Shown in pieces: positions 49,552-58,849 of a stretch of DNA of 64,000 bases; the first letter of the stretch is position 1, and each line of letters opens with the position of its first letter. The notes beneath the pieces are model-generated. The model ran no database searches. It saw only the letters and a list, made by a program, of their open reading frames with translations, and was not told the DNA's origin. Location: the sequence record PP216085, one strand, 5' to 3'. Source of the DNA: Escherichia phage vB_EcoM_HZ_ZJUN4. A program made the position numbers and the translations under genes.

Positions 49552-49895
49552 ATAAAGTCAAATATTCGCTTCCTGAGTCATTTTTAATTTTTGCTGTGGC
49601 GTTGGCTGCAGCTCTTGCGGGTAGTCTTTTTGGATTGTTAATTGACTGTCTTATTTTAAACATCGATGGCACAGTAAATATAATAGAAGTTTGGAGTGAA
49701 CTTCGCTATACTAAAATTATTTCATTATTTTCATTCTTTTGTATCATTCTATATTTTCATTATGATAATTTTAAAATAAATTGGCAAAGAAAAAAGGATT
49801 ACAAAATACAATTAAAAGAATATAATAGCTACATGTCTTATATTGAAAATGAATCAATGAAAGAGTTTGTGATTGATTGCAGGAAATTAAAATGA
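49533..49895 (+). CDS. small membrane protein
   Basis: 120 aa with two hydrophobic segments; overlaps neighbours. Confidence 0.5.
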   Translation: MQRPKLNKVKYSLPESFLIFAVALAAALAGSLFGLLIDCLILNIDGTVNIIEVWSELRYTKIISLFSFFCIILYFHYDNFKINWQRKKDYKIQLKEYNSYMSYIENESMKEFVIDCRKLK

Positions 49896-50332
49896 AAACA
49901 TTATCAGCTGGTATTATCTTTATGACAGAAGATAAAGATTTATTCATGGGACGGGTTACCGGTTCTCGTAAGTCTGGAATGATGGCCCATCGCTGGGATA
50001 TTCCAAAGGGCCGTGTAGAAAATTCTGATTTAAGCGCACTAGAGGCAGCACGAAGAGAGTGTTTAGAAGAGACTGGCTTTAGCAATTATAATCCAGACCT
50101 TCTAGAAGACCTAGGTGTATTTAAATATTCTAGTAATAAAGACTTACAGTTATTTTATTATACGATTCCAGTAGAGCATGAGATGTTTAGAAATTGCCAC
50201 TGCGAGTCTTATTTTGAAAATAAAGATGGCGTTATGATTCCAGAGATGGACGCTTTTGCTCTTATTCCTCGTACTCAGTGGCAATATGTGATGGGTCCTT
50301 CACTTTACCGAATAATGAACAACCTCTTTTAA
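49877..50332 (+). CDS. nudE: Nudix hydrolase NudE (e.1)
   Basis: 151 aa; Nudix box GRVENSDLSALEAARRECLEETGF; directly upstream of e in the window. Confidence 0.85.
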   Translation: MQEIKMKTLSAGIIFMTEDKDLFMGRVTGSRKSGMMAHRWDIPKGRVENSDLSALEAARRECLEETGFSNYNPDLLEDLGVFKYSSNKDLQLFYYTIPVEHEMFRNCHCESYFENKDGVMIPEMDAFALIPRTQWQYVMGPSLYRIMNNLF

Positions 50333-50863
<531 letters not shown>

Positions 50864-50867
50864 AGTT

Positions 50868-50897
50868 GTTTACTTTCTCCTAGAACTGTGATAGTAT
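50868..50897 (+). promoter_or_regulatory. T4-type early promoter
   Basis: GTTTAC, spacer, GTGATAGTAT. Confidence 0.55.
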
Positions 50898-50934
50898 ATT
50901 CATAGTTACTAATTAAAATATTTAAAGGAACCAT

Positions 50935-51252
50935 ATGAAAACGTTTAAAGAATTTATTGCAGAATCTGCCCAAGGACAACGTGTAGAAGGCGGTTATATC
51001 TGGATTGAACAAGTTGAGCCGCCAAGTCGCACTTCTACAGGTAAATGGAAAATCACTGTTGATGGTCCTGGTGGTAAACGTAGGACTCTTAAAGAAATTA
51101 ACGGGTACTATGAAGAAGCTCTTTCTGACGCGGGTACTTATATGATGCAAATCATGATTAAAAACCCAGAAAATCGTTTTGCGGCTAGAGTTTTCCGCCG
51201 TATTGGAAATAAGCTTTATGATGCATATTCTAAAAACTTCCCTAAAGAATAA
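50935..51252 (+). CDS. internal protein with CTS (IPII/IPIII-type)
   Basis: 105 aa; N-terminus MKTFKEFIAE; locus next to e as in T4. Confidence 0.7.
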   Translation: MKTFKEFIAESAQGQRVEGGYIWIEQVEPPSRTSTGKWKITVDGPGGKRRTLKEINGYYEEALSDAGTYMMQIMIKNPENRFAARVFRRIGNKLYDAYSKNFPKE

Positions 51253-51268
51253 AAATTAAAGGATACAC

Positions 51269-51742
51269 ATGAAAACATATCAAGAATTTATTACTGAAGC
51301 AGCTATTAATTCTCAAATTATTGCTGAATCTTTTACTGATCTTTTGAAATTTAAAAAAGGACAGAAAATCACTGCTGTATTGGATGATGGTACAGAAGTT
51401 GAGATGGATGTACAGGGATATAATTATGCAGTAGATGGAAAACTGTATAATAAATCTCATGCTAAATTTGATTCATTTGACGACTTTGTTAATACAGTTG
51501 AAGATGAAAAAACTCGTCGATCCATTGCAACTGGTGATGCTAAGGTTCTTATGGCACATGGTCATGAACGCATTCGCGCTAAACAGAATAAAATGGGTGA
51601 AGATAATTTTGCATTAGTTGGTTATCAATCTGGTAAGCAAACTTATGGCTATCAGCGTACTGCTACCATGTATAATAAAAATGGTAAAATCGCTTTCGTG
51701 AATAGTAAAGGTTCTATTCAGTACGTTAAATCGTTCAAATAA
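51269..51742 (+). CDS. internal protein with CTS (IPII/IPIII-type)
   Basis: 157 aa; N-terminus MKTYQEFITE; locus next to e as in T4. Confidence 0.7.
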   Translation: MKTYQEFITEAAINSQIIAESFTDLLKFKKGQKITAVLDDGTEVEMDVQGYNYAVDGKLYNKSHAKFDSFDDFVNTVEDEKTRRSIATGDAKVLMAHGHERIRAKQNKMGEDNFALVGYQSGKQTYGYQRTATMYNKNGKIAFVNSKGSIQYVKSFK

Positions 51743-51882
51743 TATGGGAACAACCTGGACCTCATGATTCTGTGAGGGATTCCCGCCAACCTGTAATAAG
51801 GTCGAGCCCAAGTGCGGTAATGGGTAAATACAGAAATGGACAATTCATGCGCCACGGAATGGCCCAAATTTAGAGAGAAGAA

Positions 51883-52422
51883 ATGAGAACATTTTTAACT
51901 GGTCCTTATCTATCCCTGATGAATGCTTTTACACACCATTCTGATGCTAGAGTAGAAGAAATTTGTAAAAACGAATATATCCCGCCATTTGAAGACTTAC
52001 TTAAACAGTACTGCACACTTCGACTAGATGGTGGACGTCAATCCGGTAAATCAACTGCAATAACTAATTTTGCCGCTAATTGGTTATATGATGGTGGAAC
52101 AGTTATTGTTCTTTCTAATACTTCAGCTTACGCTAAAATTTCTGCGGGCCACATTAAAAAAGAATTTTCTCGTTATTCTAGCGATGATATTCGATTCCGC
52201 TTATTTACCGATTCTGTCCGTAGTTTTATCGGTAATAAAGGAAGCAAGTTCAGAGGTTTATCGCTTTCGCGGATTTTGTATATAATCGATGAGCCTGTTA
52301 AATCTCCTGATATGGATAAGATTTATAGTGTCCATATTGACACTGTACACTGCTGCTGTAATATTAAATGTTGTATTGGTGGTATTACTCGTCCACAGTT
52401 TTTCGTAATCGGAATGCAATGA
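51883..52422 (+). CDS. small P-loop NTPase with Cys-rich C-terminus
   Basis: 179 aa; Walker A GGRQSGKST, Walker B-like ILYIIDEP, tail HCCCNIKCC. Confidence 0.5.
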   Translation: MRTFLTGPYLSLMNAFTHHSDARVEEICKNEYIPPFEDLLKQYCTLRLDGGRQSGKSTAITNFAANWLYDGGTVIVLSNTSAYAKISAGHIKKEFSRYSSDDIRFRLFTDSVRSFIGNKGSKFRGLSLSRILYIIDEPVKSPDMDKIYSVHIDTVHCCCNIKCCIGGITRPQFFVIGMQ

Positions 52423-52748
52423 TGACAGACACTCAGCTTTTCGAATATCTTTATTTTTCGCCAAAAACTATTAAAAATAAATTGGTGAATCATTTTGAAA
52501 TTTTGGCAAATAACAACGTCTTGAGCGAATTTTATCCTAAGCAATACAAATTACAAAAAGGTGTATTCAAAGGATGCAGAGTTTTGTGCACTGCTCCTAA
52601 TGAAAGATTAATGAATAAAATTCCATATTTTACCATGGAATTTATTGATGGACCTTTTAAAGGACTAATCACCCAAAGTTTAATGGCATATGATTCTGAG
52701 CCATTTTTAATTAAAGAACAATCTTGGATAAATTTATTTTCTAATTGA
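52419..52748 (+). CDS. hypothetical protein
   Basis: ATGA overlap with upstream stop; starts [10 protein letters not shown] (track ORF 52368 has a spurious extension). Confidence 0.5.
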   Translation: MMTDTQLFEYLYFSPKTIKNKLVNHFEILANNNVLSEFYPKQYKLQKGVFKGCRVLCTAPNERLMNKIPYFTMEFIDGPFKGLITQSLMAYDSEPFLIKEQSWINLFSN

Positions 52749-52755
52749 GGTTTAT

Positions 52756-53118
52756 ATGAAAGCATATCAAATTCTTGAAGGCACACATAAAGGTACTATT
52801 TATTTTGAAGACGGTATTCAAGCACGAATTATTGTTTCTAAAACCTTTAAAGAGGACTCTTTTGTAGACCCAGAAATTTTCTATGGTTTGCATGCCCGTG
52901 AAATTGAAATTGAAACACAACCTACAGTTAAAATCGAGGGTGGTCAACACCTGAACGTTAACGTTCTGCGTCGTGAAACTCTGGAAGATGCAGTTAAGCA
53001 TCCGGAAAAATATCCGCAACTGACCATCCGTGTATCCGGTTATGCAGTTCGCTTTAACTCTCTGACTCCGGAACAGCAGCGCGACGTTATCGCTCGTACC
53101 TTTACTGAGAGCCTATAA
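52756..53118 (+). CDS. autonomous glycyl radical cofactor (GrcA/YfiD-like)
   Basis: 120 aa; C-terminal [60 protein letters not shown] recognised as the glycyl-radical domain (RVSGY). Confidence 0.85.
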   Translation: MKAYQILEGTHKGTIYFEDGIQARIIVSKTFKEDSFVDPEIFYGLHAREIEIETQPTVKIEGGQHLNVNVLRRETLEDAVKHPEKYPQLTIRVSGYAVRFNSLTPEQQRDVIARTFTESL

Positions 53119-53339
53119 TGGCAAAGATAATTATTGAAGGTTCTGAAGATGTGTTAAATGCTTTCGCCGAATGGTTTAGTAATTCAGGCGAACAGCAATT
53201 TAACGAAGCGTGGAACATGGGTGATATTAATGGAATTTATCCTACGACAGAAATTTCTGTTCAAGGATATGGCATTAATGAGCCTATTCGTTTAGTTGAA
53301 TATGATTTGGGAACAGGTGAGGAAGTCAAATATGATTGA
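53118..53339 (+). CDS. hypothetical small acidic protein
   Basis: 73-aa ORF, ATGA overlap with upstream stop. Confidence 0.5.
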   Translation: MAKIIIEGSEDVLNAFAEWFSNSGEQQFNEAWNMGDINGIYPTTEISVQGYGINEPIRLVEYDLGTGEEVKYD

Positions 53340-53598
53340 AGACATTAAAGGTTATAAGCCACATACTGACGATAAAATCAGTAAAGTGAATGCTATCAAA
53401 GACGCTGAAGTTCGTTTAGGACTTATCTTTGATGCTTTATATGATGAATTCTGGGAAGCGCTAGATAATTGTGAAGATGATGAACTCACGAAGAATTACG
53501 CCGAAAGCCTCGATCAGTTAACTATTGCTAAAACGAAACTCAAAGAAGCCAGTATGTGGGCTTGTCGTGCAGTGTTCCAACCAGAGGAAAAATACTAA
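53332..53598 (+). CDS. hypothetical small protein
   Basis: Start at ATG 53332 with GAGGA RBS (track ORF begins 53296); 88 aa. Confidence 0.5.
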   Translation: MIEDIKGYKPHTDDKISKVNAIKDAEVRLGLIFDALYDEFWEALDNCEDDELTKNYAESLDQLTIAKTKLKEASMWACRAVFQPEEKY

Positions 53599-53876
53599 TG
53601 GCTCAATTAAGCGCAGGGTTTGGTTATGAGTATTATACTGCCCCTCGTCGTGTATCTGTCGCTCCTAAGAAAATTCAAAGTCTTGATGACTTCCAAGAAG
53701 TAGTCCGTAAAGCTTTCCAGGACTACGCATGTTATCTTAAAGAAGATTCACAGGACTGTCTCGAAGAAGATGAAATTGCTTACTATGAGCAGCGTCTTGA
53801 ACAGCTTAAAAACTTACATGAGGTTCGTGCAGAAGTTACAAAGTCTATGAATAAATTGATTAGATTTAAAGAATAA
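53598..53876 (+). CDS. hypothetical small protein
   Basis: TAATG stop/start overlap at 53596-53600; 92 aa. Confidence 0.5.
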   Translation: MAQLSAGFGYEYYTAPRRVSVAPKKIQSLDDFQEVVRKAFQDYACYLKEDSQDCLEEDEIAYYEQRLEQLKNLHEVRAEVTKSMNKLIRFKE

Positions 53877-53878
53877 CT

Positions 53879-53908
53879 GTTTACTTTTCCTCTTGACTGT
53901 GGTATAAT
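53879..53908 (+). promoter_or_regulatory. T4-type early promoter
   Basis: GTTTAC, spacer, TGTGGTATAAT. Confidence 0.6.
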
Positions 53909-53935
53909 TTTTCTATCAGTTAAGAGGAGAATAAC

Positions 53936-54397
53936 ATGACTATCAACACAGAAGTTTTTATCCGTCGAAATAAACTCCGTCGTCACTTTGAGTCGGAGTT
54001 TCGTCAAATTAACAATGAGATTCGTGAGGCATCAAAAGCAGCAGGAGTCTCATCGTTTCATCTAAAATATTCTCAACATCTTCTTGATCGTGCAATTCAA
54101 CGGGAGATTGATGAGACATATGTTTTTGAATTATTCCATAAAATAAAAGACCATGTTTTAGAAGTTAATGAATTCCTGAGTATGCCTCCACGCCCTGACA
54201 TTGACGAGGATTTTATTGATGGGGTTGAATATCGTCCTGGGCGTTTAGAAATCACTGATGGAAATCTTTGGCTTGGATTTACAGTTTGTAAACCTAATGC
54301 GAAGTTCAAAGACCCGTCACTTCAGTGCAGGATGGCAATTATCAATAGTCGTCGTTTACCAGGAAAGGCTTCTAAAGCAGTAATTAAAACTCAATGA
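53936..54397 (+). CDS. regB: RegB endoribonuclease
   Basis: 153 aa as in T4 RegB; basic protein; position between the small-ORF block and the tk region. Confidence 0.75.
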   Translation: MTINTEVFIRRNKLRRHFESEFRQINNEIREASKAAGVSSFHLKYSQHLLDRAIQREIDETYVFELFHKIKDHVLEVNEFLSMPPRPDIDEDFIDGVEYRPGRLEITDGNLWLGFTVCKPNAKFKDPSLQCRMAIINSRRLPGKASKAVIKTQ

Positions 54398-54404
54398 GGT
54401 AAGC

Positions 54405-54950
54405 ATGAGAAAAGCACTACTCGCTGGTCTATTGGCCATTTCAATGATGGCACATAGCTCCGAGCATACTTTCAGTAATGTCCAACTCGATAACATGCGT
54501 TACGCGTATCAATTCGGGGAACAATTTTCTAAGGATGGAAAATATAAAACACATAAAAATATCCACAAGAGCGGATTAGGTCATATAATGGCTGCTATTT
54601 TATGGCAAGAAAGCTCTGCCGGAGTTAATTTAAAATCTAAACCAAAGCATCATGCCTACGGAATGTTCCAAAATTATTTGCCAACTATGCGAGCAAGAGT
54701 TAAGGAACTTGGTTATAATATGACCGATGCCGAAATAAAAAGAATGTTGAATAAACGGTCCAATTCAGCTTCCTGGGCGTACATTGAACTTTCTTATTGG
54801 TTAAATATACATAAGGGCGATATAAGAAAGGCAATATCCTCTTATAATTCGGGATGGAATGTTAAAGCAGGTTCTAAATATGCTTCTGAAGTCCTAGAAA
54901 AGGCTAACTACCTTAAAAATAATAAACTACTGGAAATAGTAAATGACTAA
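54405..54950 (+). CDS. secreted lytic transglycosylase-like protein (SLT motifs)
   Basis: 181 aa; signal peptide MRKALLAGLLAISMMAHS; QESS...YGMFQ motifs. Confidence 0.55.
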   Translation: MRKALLAGLLAISMMAHSSEHTFSNVQLDNMRYAYQFGEQFSKDGKYKTHKNIHKSGLGHIMAAILWQESSAGVNLKSKPKHHAYGMFQNYLPTMRARVKELGYNMTDAEIKRMLNKRSNSASWAYIELSYWLNIHKGDIRKAISSYNSGWNVKAGSKYASEVLEKANYLKNNKLLEIVND

Positions 54951-55284
54951 AATTTTGGTTTTATGTGTAGGATTAATTTCATTTTCTGCGTTAGCAAATA
55001 CATCATACACTGAAATTAGAGAGTATGCAAACCGTACTGCCGCGGATTATTGTGGGAAAAATAAAGCATGCCAAGCTGAATTTGCACAGAAATTAATATA
55101 TGCATATAAAGACGGAGAAAGAGATAAATCAAGCAGATATAAAAATGATACTTTATTAAAACGATATGCTAAAAAGTGGAATACCTTAGAATGTTCAGTT
55201 GCGGAGGAGAAAGATAAAGCCGCTTGTCATTCAATGGTTGACCGTTTGGTAGATTCTTATAATCGAGGATTGAGTACTAGATGA
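54943..55284 (+). CDS. small secreted Cys-containing protein
   Basis: 113 aa; signal peptide MTKILVLCVGLISFSALA; four Cys in the mature part. Confidence 0.5.
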   Translation: MTKILVLCVGLISFSALANTSYTEIREYANRTAADYCGKNKACQAEFAQKLIYAYKDGERDKSSRYKNDTLLKRYAKKWNTLECSVAEEKDKAACHSMVDRLVDSYNRGLSTR

Positions 55285-55760
55285 TTGTAAAATATATCAA
55301 GGGCGATATTGTCGCCCTATTTCTTCAAGGTAATATTATTGCGCACGGATGCAACTGCTTCCACACAATGGGCTCTGGTGTAGCGGGTCAATTAGCAAGA
55401 GCCTATCCTAAAATTTTAGAAATAGATAAAACCACTACCGAATACGGTTCTCGTGATAAATTAGGCGATATGTCTATTGTTTTTAAGCATAGCCCTACGG
55501 GATTTGGTATATGCTATAACCTGTATACACAATACGAACCGGGTCCTAATCTTGATTATGGTGCTTTAGTAAATTGCATGATAGAATTAAATCTACAGGC
55601 AGAAACCCTTTTGTTTAAACCAGTAATTTACATTCCACGCATAGGTTGCGGTATTGCTGGAGGCGATTGGGATAAGGTTTCTAAATTAATCGACATGTTT
55701 ACTCCTGATATTGATTTAATAGTGGTGGATTATGAAAGTACATTACCCGCATCCGTTTGA
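55281..55760 (+). CDS. macro-domain-like protein (ADP-ribose binding/processing fold)
   Basis: 159 aa; GDIVALF...NIIAHGCNC...MGSGVAGQLA and IPRIGCGIAGGDW resemble macro-domain motifs. Confidence 0.55.
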   Translation: MIVKYIKGDIVALFLQGNIIAHGCNCFHTMGSGVAGQLARAYPKILEIDKTTTEYGSRDKLGDMSIVFKHSPTGFGICYNLYTQYEPGPNLDYGALVNCMIELNLQAETLLFKPVIYIPRIGCGIAGGDWDKVSKLIDMFTPDIDLIVVDYESTLPASV

Positions 55761-55944
55761 CCCTAAAAATAAAGCGGAAATTATTCGTCAATGGGAACGC
55801 ATTTGCCGTACTAAATGCCCAATTAATAGTCCACATGATGTAGATAAAGACTACATCGGAACATTCGTTGAATATACCTTTATTGATAAGAAAGGTCGTA
55901 AACAACATGTAGAAGAATATTGCTTAAAGGTTACATGGTTATGA
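55732..55944 (+). CDS. hypothetical small protein
   Basis: 70-aa ORF overlapping the end of the macro-domain gene. Confidence 0.4.
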   Translation: MKVHYPHPFDPKNKAEIIRQWERICRTKCPINSPHDVDKDYIGTFVEYTFIDKKGRKQHVEEYCLKVTWL

Positions 55945-56126
55945 GTTTAAGTAAAGAACAAAAAGACAGACTGTTTTCTCTTATTCACGAAGTTATTGAT
56001 AAAAATAGTGAATTGGAAAAAGTTTGCGATGAATGCGGTCCTTTTAATACCGACGAATACGAAGAACTGTGTAAAGATTTCGACGATAAAGAACAAGAAC
56101 TTATTGATTATATAAATTCCTTATGA
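55941..56126 (+). CDS. small helical protein, member of a tandem paralog family
   Basis: About 61 aa, MSLSKEQKDRLFSLIHEVI...ELIDYINSL; track ORF 55920 contains this. Confidence 0.5.
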   Translation: MSLSKEQKDRLFSLIHEVIDKNSELEKVCDECGPFNTDEYEELCKDFDDKEQELIDYINSL

Positions 56127-56311
56127 TTACTCGCGAACAAAAGAATGAAATACGATTTTTAATCAGCGAAATTATTAGTTTAGAACGAGATTTATCTTTT
56201 GAATTGGCTTCGGATTATGGAGATGCTGAAACATACTACGAATTAGTAAAATCTATCGATAAAGCTGAAAATGATTTAGAAACATATTTAGAAAATTTAA
56301 CTAAGGACTAA
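56123..56311 (+). CDS. small helical protein, paralog family
   Basis: 62 aa, MITREQKNEIRFLISEII...LETYLENL. Confidence 0.5.
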   Translation: MITREQKNEIRFLISEIISLERDLSFELASDYGDAETYYELVKSIDKAENDLETYLENLTKD

Positions 56312-56312
56312 G

Positions 56313-56894
56313 ATGGCGAGTTTAATTTTTACTTATGCAGCAATGAATGCTGGAAAATCTGCTTCTCTTTTGACTGCTGCGCATAATTATAAAGAACGCG
56401 GAATGAGTGTATTAGTTCTTAAGCCTGCTATTGATACTCGCGATTCTGTTTGTGAAGTCGTTTCTCGCATTGGAATTAAGCAGGAAGCGAATATTATTAC
56501 GGATGATATGGATATTTTTGAGTTCTATAAATGGGCTGAAGCACAAAAAGATATTCATTGCGTATTTGTAGATGAAGCACAGTTTTTAAAAACTGAACAG
56601 GTGCATCAATTAAGCCGAATTGTCGATACATATAATGTTCCTGTTATGGCTTATGGTCTAAGGACTGATTTCGCTGGAAAATTATTTGAAGGTTCTAAGG
56701 AACTTTTGGCGATTGCAGATAAACTTATTGAACTGAAGGCAGTTTGTCATTGCGGTAAAAAAGCGATTATGACAGCTCGATTAATGGAAGATGGAACACC
56801 AGTTAAAGAAGGTAATCAAATCTGTATTGGTGATGAAATTTATGTTTCTTTGTGTAGAAAACATTGGAATGAATTAACTAAAAAGCTTGGTTAG
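56313..56894 (+). CDS. tk: thymidine kinase
   Basis: 193 aa as in T4 Tk; P-loop AAMNAGKSASLL; C-terminal Cys/His cluster. Confidence 0.9.
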   Translation: MASLIFTYAAMNAGKSASLLTAAHNYKERGMSVLVLKPAIDTRDSVCEVVSRIGIKQEANIITDDMDIFEFYKWAEAQKDIHCVFVDEAQFLKTEQVHQLSRIVDTYNVPVMAYGLRTDFAGKLFEGSKELLAIADKLIELKAVCHCGKKAIMTARLMEDGTPVKEGNQICIGDEIYVSLCRKHWNELTKKLG

Positions 56895-56936
56895 TCCAAA
56901 AGTTATAAATAGGTTTATCTAACTAAAGGGGTATAT

Positions 56937-57149
56937 ATGCTACAATTAACTGAAAAGCAACTTCGCAATCTTACTGTGCTTCAATTAGATGAAATTCGTA
57001 GGGAAGTTGGAAATATCATTTCAGCTTTGCGTCGAGAAGTATCGCTCAACCAATCTCCGGCAGACTATACTAGATTGCGAAATTTTGAAAAATACCTTGA
57101 TAAAGTTAAGGCCGTGCACCGGCATAAAGTAAATACAGGACAAAAATGA
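56937..57149 (+). CDS. small helical protein (rI.1 position), paralog-family-like
   Basis: 70 aa, [12 protein letters not shown]...FEKYLDKV. Confidence 0.5.
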
Positions 57150-57161
57150 TAGGAGGCCTTT

Positions 57162-57455
57162 ATGGCCTTAAAAGCAACGGCACTATTCGCCATGCTAGGA
57201 TTAGCGTTTGTTTTATCTCCGCCGATTGAAGCGAATGTCGATCCTCATTTTGATAAATTTATGGAATCTGGTATTAGGCACGTTTATACACTTTTTGAAA
57301 ATAAAAGCGTAGAATCGTCTGAACAATTCTATAGTTTTATGAGAACGACCTATAAAAATGACCCGTGCTCTTCTGATTTTGAATGTATAGAGCGAGGCGC
57401 GGAGATGGCACAATCATACGCTAGAATTATGAACATTAAATTGGAGACTGAATGA
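57162..57455 (+). CDS. rI: lysis inhibition regulator RI
   Basis: 97 aa; N-terminal signal-anchor MALKATALFAMLGLAFVLSPPIEA; position next to tk. Confidence 0.85.
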   Translation: MALKATALFAMLGLAFVLSPPIEANVDPHFDKFMESGIRHVYTLFENKSVESSEQFYSFMRTTYKNDPCSSDFECIERGAEMAQSYARIMNIKLETE

Positions 57456-57838
57456 AATTCAGCGACTTTTCACAAAGTGGAAAACCTTCAAAGGCAGATG
57501 AATACTTAGGTTTATTAATGGCTGCACAAGCTTATTTTCATTCTGCACATTTTGAAACTAAAAGTTATGCTAGACACAAAGCATACGATTTTATTTTTTC
57601 CGAGTTGCCAGATTTGATTGATAAATTTGGTGAGCAATATTTGGGGTATTCTGGTAGAAAATACACACCTTCAATTCCAGATGCTAGTAAACTTCCTACA
57701 GACACAATTAAAATGATTGATCGTATACTAGACCAATCTAACATCATTTACAAAGAAATGCCTCCAGCCATTCAAAGCACGATAGATGATATTACTGGAA
57801 TGTTTTATCAAAGTAAATATCTTCTTTCCCTAGAATAA
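57452..57838 (+). CDS. hypothetical protein (rI.-1 position)
   Basis: 128-aa ORF, ATGA overlap with rI stop. Confidence 0.5.
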   Translation: MKFSDFSQSGKPSKADEYLGLLMAAQAYFHSAHFETKSYARHKAYDFIFSELPDLIDKFGEQYLGYSGRKYTPSIPDASKLPTDTIKMIDRILDQSNIIYKEMPPAIQSTIDDITGMFYQSKYLLSLE

Positions 57839-57843
57839 CATTA

Positions 57844-57866
57844 GTCTCCTTCGGGAGACTTTTTTC
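57844..57866 (+). terminator. intrinsic terminator
   Basis: GTCTCC-TTCG-GGAGAC then TTTTTT. Confidence 0.75.
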
Positions 57867-57875
57867 ATTTTACCG

Positions 57876-57905
57876 GTTTACTTTCCATTTGAGCTGTGAT
57901 ACTAT
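57876..57905 (+). promoter_or_regulatory. T4-type early promoter
   Basis: GTTTAC, spacer, GTGATACTATACAACTATC. Confidence 0.6.
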
Positions 57906-57933
57906 ACAACTATCGGATAAAGAGGAGAACATC

Positions 57934-58122
57934 ATGAAAATTGAAGCACTTAATCAAGAAGGAAATATCTACGTCATCATTAATGGTGATTTTTTCGTCG
58001 ACATGGATGAAGTTACTAGTGAAGAACTTGAAGAACTTCTTAAGAAACGTTATGATATGTGTGATGAAGCTGCAACTCATATGGCGTGTGCAATATTCTC
58101 TCTTTCATATGTGGTGGAATAA
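57934..58122 (+). CDS. hypothetical small protein
   Basis: Start at ATG 57934 after a GAGGAG RBS; 62 aa. Confidence 0.5.
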   Translation: MKIEALNQEGNIYVIINGDFFVDMDEVTSEELEELLKKRYDMCDEAATHMACAIFSLSYVVE

Positions 58123-58325
58123 TGATTAGTATCGAACAAGCAGATAAAATTAAAGAATTGGTAGCTTTAATTCGCAAAGCAGATGAGGAACTTAGTGACT
58201 TTGCTTGGTTTTCGGCAGGCATTGCAAATAAAGGTATTGAAGAATTTGAAGCTAAAGTTGATAATGCTGTAGAAGCTTTAGATATGTTTCTTGATGAAAT
58301 TATCGATCACAATACGAGAGTTTAA
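58122..58325 (+). CDS. small helical protein, paralog family
   Basis: TAATG overlap; [17 protein letters not shown]...LDMFLDEI. Confidence 0.5.
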   Translation: MISIEQADKIKELVALIRKADEELSDFAWFSAGIANKGIEEFEAKVDNAVEALDMFLDEIIDHNTRV

Positions 58326-58327
58326 GT

Positions 58328-58522
58328 ATGCTGACACACGAACAGTTTGAAAAAATCATTAAATTAGCACGTGATGTTGAAATAGATTCATATCAATTAG
58401 CAGTTGAGCATTGTGAAGGATATTCATACGAAGGTATAGCAGCAGCTAAAAGAGATTTGGATAAATCTAAAGCTAAGTTAGTTCAATATCTTGAAATGAT
58501 TAGGTGGAATAATGAAAACTGA
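58328..58522 (+). CDS. small helical protein, paralog family
   Basis: 64 aa, MLTHEQFEKIIKLARDV...LVQYLEMI. Confidence 0.5.
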   Translation: MLTHEQFEKIIKLARDVEIDSYQLAVEHCEGYSYEGIAAAKRDLDKSKAKLVQYLEMIRWNNEN

Positions 58523-58685
58523 AAAGCAGATGTTTTTAATGAAGCTAATTGAAGAATATGCTAATGCAGTTTCTGACTATGAGTGTTCTTCTCGTGAAAG
58601 GGGTATAGCTTTCGCAAAAGAAGAAATGAAAATCATGGTTGATGCTCACACAAAGCTTCAGAATTTTATTGAAAACGTCATTTAA
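58512..58685 (+). CDS. small helical protein, paralog family
   Basis: 57-aa ORF below the track cutoff, hand-translated: MKTEKQMFLMKLIEEY...LQNFIENVI. Confidence 0.4.
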   Translation: MKTEKQMFLMKLIEEYANAVSDYECSSRERGIAFAKEEMKIMVDAHTKLQNFIENVI

Positions 58686-58687
58686 CG

Positions 58688-58717
58688 GTTTACAAGTTGG
58701 CAAGGTTATGGTATAGT
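58688..58717 (+). promoter_or_regulatory. T4-type early promoter
   Basis: GTTTAC, spacer, TATGGTATAGTAAT. Confidence 0.5.
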
Positions 58718-58849
58718 AATCTTGTCAACTGCTAAGGAGAAGAGAATGAAAATTTTGTTTGTTGTGTATGTGATGATTCAATATAATTACCCAATGTTTA
58801 CTTATAATCTGGTGAACAACATTATTGATATTATTCAAAGGAGCATGTA

